Sequence record: MG589383
DNA: 64,000 bases
From: Shigella phage phi25-307
Strand: one strand, 5' to 3'
A program made the translations under genes and the position numbers. The notes beneath the pieces were generated by a model that searched no databases, was not told the DNA's origin, and worked only from the letters and a program-made list of their open reading frames with translations. Below, piece after piece: positions 58,599-64,000 of the stretch; within the stretch, counting starts at the first letter, position 1; every line of letters begins with the position of its first letter.

Positions 58599-59420
58599 TT
58601 AAGATTTCCAAACAGTATTCGCAGAGAAACGTTTTCCTTTTGACATAAACTGCTGAGTAGGTAACATGATTATGTTAGCCCAGTCTTTAGGAGCTATTTC
58701 TGTTATTGTTCCTCTAATGTGGCCTGGCAGGTATGCTTTAATCATTTTGTCAGCACCTTGAAATCCTTTCACCTTGCTCCAGTCTATCTTCAACTTTGTG
58801 TTATTAGTAATAGTAGTTGTGCTAGCATATTGCTTCAGCAATTCTTCAAGAAACTGTTGTCGTGCTTTAGGTGGGATATAGTGCAAGTTTAACCCATACA
58901 TCAAATTATGTTTACCTAATCCTAAATAAATAATCAAAGGATATCGGTCCCAGTACGGCAGAGTATCTTTATGTTTAGCATCATACACGTAAGTATAAAT
59001 TTTGCCTGGCGTAGGCTTGACTACTTTATGACCTTTTACACTTTTCTTAATTGTTTCAACAAACCACTTAGATGATTTGTTGTTTACTGCTGCGCCTTCA
59101 TTTCTAATCTTTTCTCGTATTGAACTGCGAAACGAGTTTATCATCAGAAGTTGACGTTCTTGCTTATTGAGTTTATTTTTAGGTTTAGATTCAAGCGTTT
59201 CAATTTTCTGTTCAGTTTTAATAGCTGATGCATATTTAGACATTGCAGACTTAAACGTCGAGTATTTTATTCCTTTTGATTCTGCAAATGCTTTTGCAGT
59301 GATTCCTTTCTCTTTAGCTTTCTTGTATTCTAATCCTACCTTAATCCATTTTCTTTCGTTAATAGACCTTGCGATCTTAACGACTTGTACCCCTTCAGAT
59401 ATAACTTGGAATATGCTCAT
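58599..59420 (-). CDS. 2: gp2 DNA end-protector protein (by position and size)
   Basis: 273 aa, basic; between 3 and 4. Confidence 0.65.
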   Translation of the reverse strand: MSIFQVISEGVQVVKIARSINERKWIKVGLEYKKAKEKGITAKAFAESKGIKYSTFKSAMSKYASAIKTEQKIETLESKPKNKLNKQERQLLMINSFRSSIREKIRNEGAAVNNKSSKWFVETIKKSVKGHKVVKPTPGKIYTYVYDAKHKDTLPYWDRYPLIIYLGLGKHNLMYGLNLHYIPPKARQQFLEELLKQYASTTTITNNTKLKIDWSKVKGFQGADKMIKAYLPGHIRGTITEIAPKDWANIIMLPTQQFMSKGKRFSANTVWKS

Positions 59421-59422
59421 AA

Positions 59423-59875
59423 TTACCCCTTGTATCCGAGTTTTCTAAGACCATCTTCGGTTAGAACTCGGAATTTTATATTTCTCTTTTCAGCAACAGC
59501 TGAGGCAGCTTTCCATTTGTCACAGTTCACAGACCAGGTATATATTTCATTCATATAACGTTTCTTTGCTGCGGTAGTAAGATTTGCAGGCTTAATAGGT
59601 GGTTGAGTTTCTTTCTTTGGTTTTATTTCTACAAAGAACTCTTGACCTGATGCATCTTTCATCCATATGTCCATATAGTACCGACGTTTTTTACCTTCAG
59701 CATTACAAAAATATGGAATTACTGCTGTTTCACTACCCCATGCAATAATTTCTGGATTTTTATCTAACCATTCGAAAAAGAATTTTTCCCAGTTTGAACG
59801 ATACGTTATTTTGGTATGGTCTCCACGGTATTTTTTTAAATTTTTTGGGACCCATTTACCAGAGTAGGCCATGTT
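59423..59875 (-). CDS. 4: gp4 head completion protein
   Basis: 150 aa from ATG at 59875 with RBS AAGGAGGA; late promoter upstream. Confidence 0.7.
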   Translation of the reverse strand, partial: NMAYSGKWVPKNLKKYRGDHTKITYRSNWEKFFFEWLDKNPEIIAWGSETAVIPYFCNAEGKKRRYYMDIWMKDASGQEFFVEIKPKKETQPPIKPANLTTAAKKRYMNEIYTWSVNCDKWKAASAVAEKRNIKFRVLTEDGLRKLGYKG

Positions 59876-59883
59876 GTCCTCCT

Positions 59884-59891
59884 TATAAATA
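59884..59891 (+). promoter_or_regulatory. late promoter TATAAATA for gene 53
   Basis: exact consensus on plus strand about 43 nt before the gene 53 start. Confidence 0.6.
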
Positions 59892-59898
59892 GTATTAT

Positions 59899-59906
59899 TA
59901 TTTATA
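59899..59906 (-). promoter_or_regulatory. late promoter TATAAATA for gene 4 (divergent from the gene 53 promoter)
   Basis: exact consensus on minus strand 24 nt before gene 4 ATG. Confidence 0.6.
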
Positions 59907-59933
59907 CCAATTTCATATTGGAAGGAGACTATC

Positions 59934-60509
59934 TTGTTATTTACATTCTTCGACCCAATAGGATATAGTGCTAAAACAGTTAATAAGAACGCACCTACTA
60001 TTCCTATGACAGACATATTTCGTAACTATAAAGAGTACTTTAAGCGTGTTGCTGCCAATTATAGATTACGTTCTTATTACATTAAAGGCTCTCCGCGTCC
60101 TGAAGAACTAGCAAACATAATTTATGGCAACCCTCAATTATACTGGGTCCTTTTGATGTGTAATGACAACTATGATCCGTATTATGGTTGGATTACATCT
60201 CAGGAAGCAGCGTATCAAGCTTCTATTCAGAAATATGCTAATGCTGGCGGTGACCAAGTTCTTTATCATATTAATGAAAATCGTGAGAAATTTTACAATT
60301 TGGTTTCATATCCGGACGAGCCTTTAGTGTGGTACGATAAAGGTGATGAAGCTCGTAAGTATCCGCAATATAAAGGACCTTTAGCTGCAGTAGATACTTA
60401 TGAAGCGGCAGTATTAGATAATGAAAAACTTCGTAAAATAAAAATTGTTGCAAAAGAAGATATAAACTCGTTTATCACAGATTTGATTCGTGAGATGGAG
60501 ATTGCATAA
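59934..60509 (+). CDS. 53: gp53 baseplate wedge protein
   Basis: 191 aa; apparent TTG start after RBS GGAAGGAGA; stop overlaps gene 5 ATG (TAATG). Confidence 0.75.
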   Translation: MLFTFFDPIGYSAKTVNKNAPTIPMTDIFRNYKEYFKRVAANYRLRSYYIKGSPRPEELANIIYGNPQLYWVLLMCNDNYDPYYGWITSQEAAYQASIQKYANAGGDQVLYHINENREKFYNLVSYPDEPLVWYDKGDEARKYPQYKGPLAAVDTYEAAVLDNEKLRKIKIVAKEDINSFITDLIREMEIA

Positions 60510-62242
60510 TGGAAATGATTAGCAGTAGCCTTAATTGGTTCGTGGGTGTTGTCGAGGACAGAATGGACCCATTAAAACAAGGGCGAGTTCGAGTTCGAGT
60601 CGTTGGTCTTCATCCGGCGCAGAGAACACAAGGTGATGTACAAGGTATTCCTACAGAAAAACTTCCATGGATGACTGTTATTCAACCTATTACGTCTGCA
60701 TCAATGTCAGGTATTGGTGGTTCTGTTACAGGACCTGTTGAAGGAACTCGAGTATATGGTCATTTCTTAGACAAATGGAAAACAAACGGGATTGTACTTG
60801 GTACATACGGCGGAATAGTACGTGAAAAGCCTAATAGACTTGAAGGTTTTTCAGACCCGACAGGCCAATATCCGCGACGTTTAGGTAGTGATACGAACGT
60901 ATTAAACCAAGGTGGTGAAGCTGGTTATTATTCGAACTCTAACGTAATTCAAGATAACAACTTGGATTATGGTATAAACCCAGATGATACAGATTTAGCA
61001 AATATTCCAGAAGATGATGACCCTAATTTTACAATAACAGAAATGTTACGTCGTGACGAAGGTCTTCGTGATAAAGTGTATTGGGACCATCTCGGGTATC
61101 CTACAGTAGGTATTGGACACCTTATAGTAATGGAAAAAACCCGAGATATGTCTCGAATTAATAAATTATTATCTGATCAAGTAGGGCGTGAAGTAACAGG
61201 AAATCCGGGAACTATTACATTAGAAGAAGCAACAGCGTTATTTGAGAAGGACCTTGCTAAGATGCAGAAAGACATTCGTTCTAATTCTAAAGTAGGTCCT
61301 GTTTATGCTAAAATGAACAGATCTCGCCAAATGGCATTAGAAAACATGTGCTTCCAGATGGGCGTAGGCGGTGTAGCAAAATTCAATACTATGCTTAAAG
61401 CAATGGCCACAGGTGATTGGAAAACCGCATACAAATCTGGACGCGATTCGTTATGGTTCCAACAGACTAAAGGACGCGCTTCACGTGTAACAACAATTAT
61501 TTTAACCGGTAACATGGAATCATACGGTGTTCCTGTTAAAACACCACCTTCACCAGGAGTTGGTGCCGATTTAGTTACTAGAAATACCGATCCAGAAGAC
61601 CCAGCTGGTCCTCCTGTTCCGTTAGATTCACGTATCCTTTTTAAAGAACCTGAATCAAGTTATCGTGGTGAGTATCCATATGTTCATGCTATGGAAACAG
61701 AAAGCGGTCACATCCAAGAATTTGACGATACTCCAGGTAATGAACGTTATCGCTTAGTTCATCCAACAGGGTCATATGAGGAAGTTTCTCCGTCTGGGCG
61801 TCGTACTCGTAAAACTGTAGAAGACCTTTTTGACATCACTAATGGCGATGGGAACTTCTTGATTTCTGGTGATAAGCTTGTTAACGTTGGTGCTAATGAA
61901 ATATATTATAACATGGCAGACCGCCTCCATCAAATAGACGGCAATGACACAATCTTTATTCGTGGTAACCAATCTAAAACTGTTGAAGGCGATGGAACTC
62001 TTTACGTTAAGGGTAATATCAAAATAGTTGTTGACGGAAATGCAGATATTCTTGTTAAAGGTGATGCTAAAACTCAGGTCGAAGGGAATCATGATTACAC
62101 CGTCAACGGAAACGTTAAATGGACTGTTAATGGTAATGTTGATATGACTGTTGCCGGGGATTGGGCAGAAACAATGTCTACAATGAGCTCAGTAGCTTCA
62201 GGACAATACACTGTTGACGGATCTCGTATTGATATTGGGTAA
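60509..62242 (+). CDS. 5: gp5 baseplate hub / tail-associated lysozyme with C-terminal beta-helix
   Basis: 577 aa; lysozyme core EMLRRDEGLR..VYWD..GYPTVGIGHL; C-terminal VxGxxxxx octapeptide repeats. Confidence 0.95.
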   Translation: MEMISSSLNWFVGVVEDRMDPLKQGRVRVRVVGLHPAQRTQGDVQGIPTEKLPWMTVIQPITSASMSGIGGSVTGPVEGTRVYGHFLDKWKTNGIVLGTYGGIVREKPNRLEGFSDPTGQYPRRLGSDTNVLNQGGEAGYYSNSNVIQDNNLDYGINPDDTDLANIPEDDDPNFTITEMLRRDEGLRDKVYWDHLGYPTVGIGHLIVMEKTRDMSRINKLLSDQVGREVTGNPGTITLEEATALFEKDLAKMQKDIRSNSKVGPVYAKMNRSRQMALENMCFQMGVGGVAKFNTMLKAMATGDWKTAYKSGRDSLWFQQTKGRASRVTTIILTGNMESYGVPVKTPPSPGVGADLVTRNTDPEDPAGPPVPLDSRILFKEPESSYRGEYPYVHAMETESGHIQEFDDTPGNERYRLVHPTGSYEEVSPSGRRTRKTVEDLFDITNGDGNFLISGDKLVNVGANEIYYNMADRLHQIDGNDTIFIRGNQSKTVEGDGTLYVKGNIKIVVDGNADILVKGDAKTQVEGNHDYTVNGNVKWTVNGNVDMTVAGDWAETMSTMSSVASGQYTVDGSRIDIG

Positions 62243-62245
62243 TAT

Positions 62246-62761
62246 ATGGCACAAATACTTCCTTTAAATACCGACTTAGGAGAAGACATGGAAGGGGCGT
62301 CTATTGACGTCCTTTTTACTCCACAGTTAGAAACAACCGAAACTTTAGTGTCAATAAATATAACAGATTATGAACCGACACAAGGCATTACGGTAGATGG
62401 TAATCGTTTATATGGAACATATGAAAGTGTGTTTAGCTTTTCTTCGGATGCATTGAAATACCGATTAAATGACGATTTTGAAACCGCATCTTCATGGGAT
62501 GATTTACCAAAAGATGAATCCGCACAGTTATATTTGTGGAGAGCTCCTCAGAATCTTCGTAAAGTGTTTAGTTATACGGTTGAAATGATTTATAACTACC
62601 AAGAAGAAAGTTCATCAGGCGGTTCTAGAAGTGACTCTGGTACAGAACCTCCACCGGCTCCAGTACAAAAAACTCTTACTAAGGTTTATACAAAAACTAT
62701 AGTAGGAAATTGGAGCAAATGGGCTCAACAATTACGAAACTATGTTTATGTGAGGCCGTGA
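62246..62761 (+). CDS. 5.1: gp5.1-like protein
   Basis: 171 aa ORF directly after gene 5. Confidence 0.55.
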   Translation: MAQILPLNTDLGEDMEGASIDVLFTPQLETTETLVSINITDYEPTQGITVDGNRLYGTYESVFSFSSDALKYRLNDDFETASSWDDLPKDESAQLYLWRAPQNLRKVFSYTVEMIYNYQEESSSGGSRSDSGTEPPPAPVQKTLTKVYTKTIVGNWSKWAQQLRNYVYVRP

Positions 62762-62763
62762 AA

Positions 62764-63057
62764 ATGTCTGGTTTAAGTTACGACAAGTGCGTTACAACAG
62801 GTCATGAAGCATGGCCTCCTACTGTAATAAATGCTTCCCAATCTAAAGTGTTCACCGGCGGTATTCCTGTTCTTGTGGCAGGAGACCAAATAACACCTCA
62901 TACAGAAATTAAAAAACCATACGAGACTCATGGAGGTGTTACTGAACCTCGTACATCTAAAGTATACGTCACTGGTAAAAAGGCTGTTCAAATGGCTGAC
63001 CCAATTTCATGCGGGGATACTGTTTCTCAGGCCTCGTCAAAAGTCTTTATAAAATAG
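62764..63057 (+). CDS. 5.4: gp5.4 PAAR-like spike-tip protein
   Basis: 97 aa from ATG at 62764; His/Cys-containing small protein at the position of T4 5.4. Confidence 0.6.
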   Translation: MSGLSYDKCVTTGHEAWPPTVINASQSKVFTGGIPVLVAGDQITPHTEIKKPYETHGGVTEPRTSKVYVTGKKAVQMADPISCGDTVSQASSKVFIK

Positions 63058-63065
63058 GAATTAAA

Positions 63066-64000
63066 ATGGCAAACACTCCTGTAAATTATCAATTAACACG
63101 AACAGCGAATGCTATTCCCGAGATTTTTATCGGGGGCACATTTGCCGAAATCAAACAGAACATTATCGAATGGCTCAACGGGCAGAATGAATTTCTTGAT
63201 TATGATTTTGAAGGTTCGCGTTTAAACGTATTGTGTGACCTTTTAGCATATAACACTCTTTACATCCAACAGTTCAGTAATAGTGCAGTGTATGAAAGTT
63301 TTATGCGTACTGCAAACTTGCGTAGTTCTGTTGTACAAGCGGCTCAAGATAACGGATATCTGCCTTCATCTAAATCAGCAGCACAAACAGAAATTATGCT
63401 CACATGTACGGATGCATTAAATAGAAACTATATCACCATTCCACGTGGCACTCGTTTCTTAGCATACGCTAAAGATACTTCTGTTAACCCGTATAACTTT
63501 GTTTCTACTGAAGATGTCATTGTAGTTAAAGACAAAAATAACCAATATTTTCCACGTCTTCGATTAGCTCAAGGACGTATTGTTCGCACTGAATTAACAT
63601 TTGATAGATTAAAACCTATCATTATTCGTGATAAGAATATTGACCGTAATTTGGTTAAGTTGTATGTTGACGGAGCAGAATGGATTAACTGGACTCGTAA
63701 GTCGATGGTTCACGCTGGTTCTACGTCAACAATCTATTATATGCGTGAAACAGTTGATGGGAACACTGAATTTTATTTTGGTGAAGGTGAAATCTCTATT
63801 AACACATCAGAAGGCGCGTTAACATCTAACTATATTGGTGGCCTTAAACCTGTTCAGGGTTCTAAAATCGTAATTGAGTATATTTCTACTAATGGCGCAG
63901 ATGCTAACGGTGCTGTAGGATTTTCTTATGCTGATACATTAGCTAATATCACGGTAATCGGTATTAACGAGAACCCTAGCAATAACCCAGACTTTGTTGG
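63066..64000 (+). CDS. 6: gp6 baseplate wedge protein (N-terminal part; runs off the window end)
   Basis: ATG at 63066 (MANTPVNYQLTRTANAIPEIF...); open frame to window end. Confidence 0.8.
   Translation, partial: MANTPVNYQLTRTANAIPEIFIGGTFAEIKQNIIEWLNGQNEFLDYDFEGSRLNVLCDLLAYNTLYIQQFSNSAVYESFMRTANLRSSVVQAAQDNGYLPSSKSAAQTEIMLTCTDALNRNYITIPRGTRFLAYAKDTSVNPYNFVSTEDVIVVKDKNNQYFPRLRLAQGRIVRTELTFDRLKPIIIRDKNIDRNLVKLYVDGAEWINWTRKSMVHAGSTSTIYYMRETVDGNTEFYFGEGEISINTSEGALTSNYIGGLKPVQGSKIVIEYISTNGADANGAVGFSYADTLANITVIGINENPSNNPDFV

Overview
This window is a segment of a T4-like (Tevenvirinae) myovirus genome. The DNA polymerase (903 aa) matches my recollection of the RB69 gp43 sequence, so the phage is RB69 or a very close relative; this is recall, not a database search. 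Almost all genes lie on the minus strand in the T4 order: 41, 40, uvsX, 42, 43, regA, 62, 44, 45, 46, 47, 55, nrdH/nrdG/nrdD, 49, nrdC, rI, tk, regB, denV, e, nudE, two tRNAs, ipI, 57B, 57A, 1, 3, 2, 4. The strand then switches to plus for the baseplate genes 53, 5, 5.1, 5.4 and the start of 6. Transcription signals are dense: about 18 T4 early-type promoters (GTTTAC-17/18-TATAAT), several MotA-box middle promoters, TATAAATA late promoters and hairpin terminators. The most interesting content is a set of sugar-nucleotide genes inserted where T4 carries bgt (between uvsX and 42) and imm (between 42 and 43): a KdsD/GutQ-like arabinose-5-phosphate isomerase, a small HAD-like phosphatase, a fused sugar-1-phosphate nucleotidyltransferase/sugar kinase, plus uncharacterised proteins that may include the DNA glycosyltransferase. 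No alpha-glucosyltransferase gene lies between 47 and 55. Together with gene 42 (dCMP hydroxymethylase) this reads as a phage-encoded pathway making an NDP-pentose for hydroxymethylcytosine glycosylation, consistent with the arabinosyl-hmC reported for RB69-type phages. A second notable feature is an expanded family of seven internal-protein genes sharing the N-terminal capsid-targeting leader MKTY(K/Q)EFIxE, alongside an Acb1 (57B)-like 2H phosphoesterase and a macro-domain protein. No CRISPR array, rRNA, integrase, transposase or intron/homing endonuclease was seen. All functional calls are from motif reading and recalled T4 homologies; none was verified by search.
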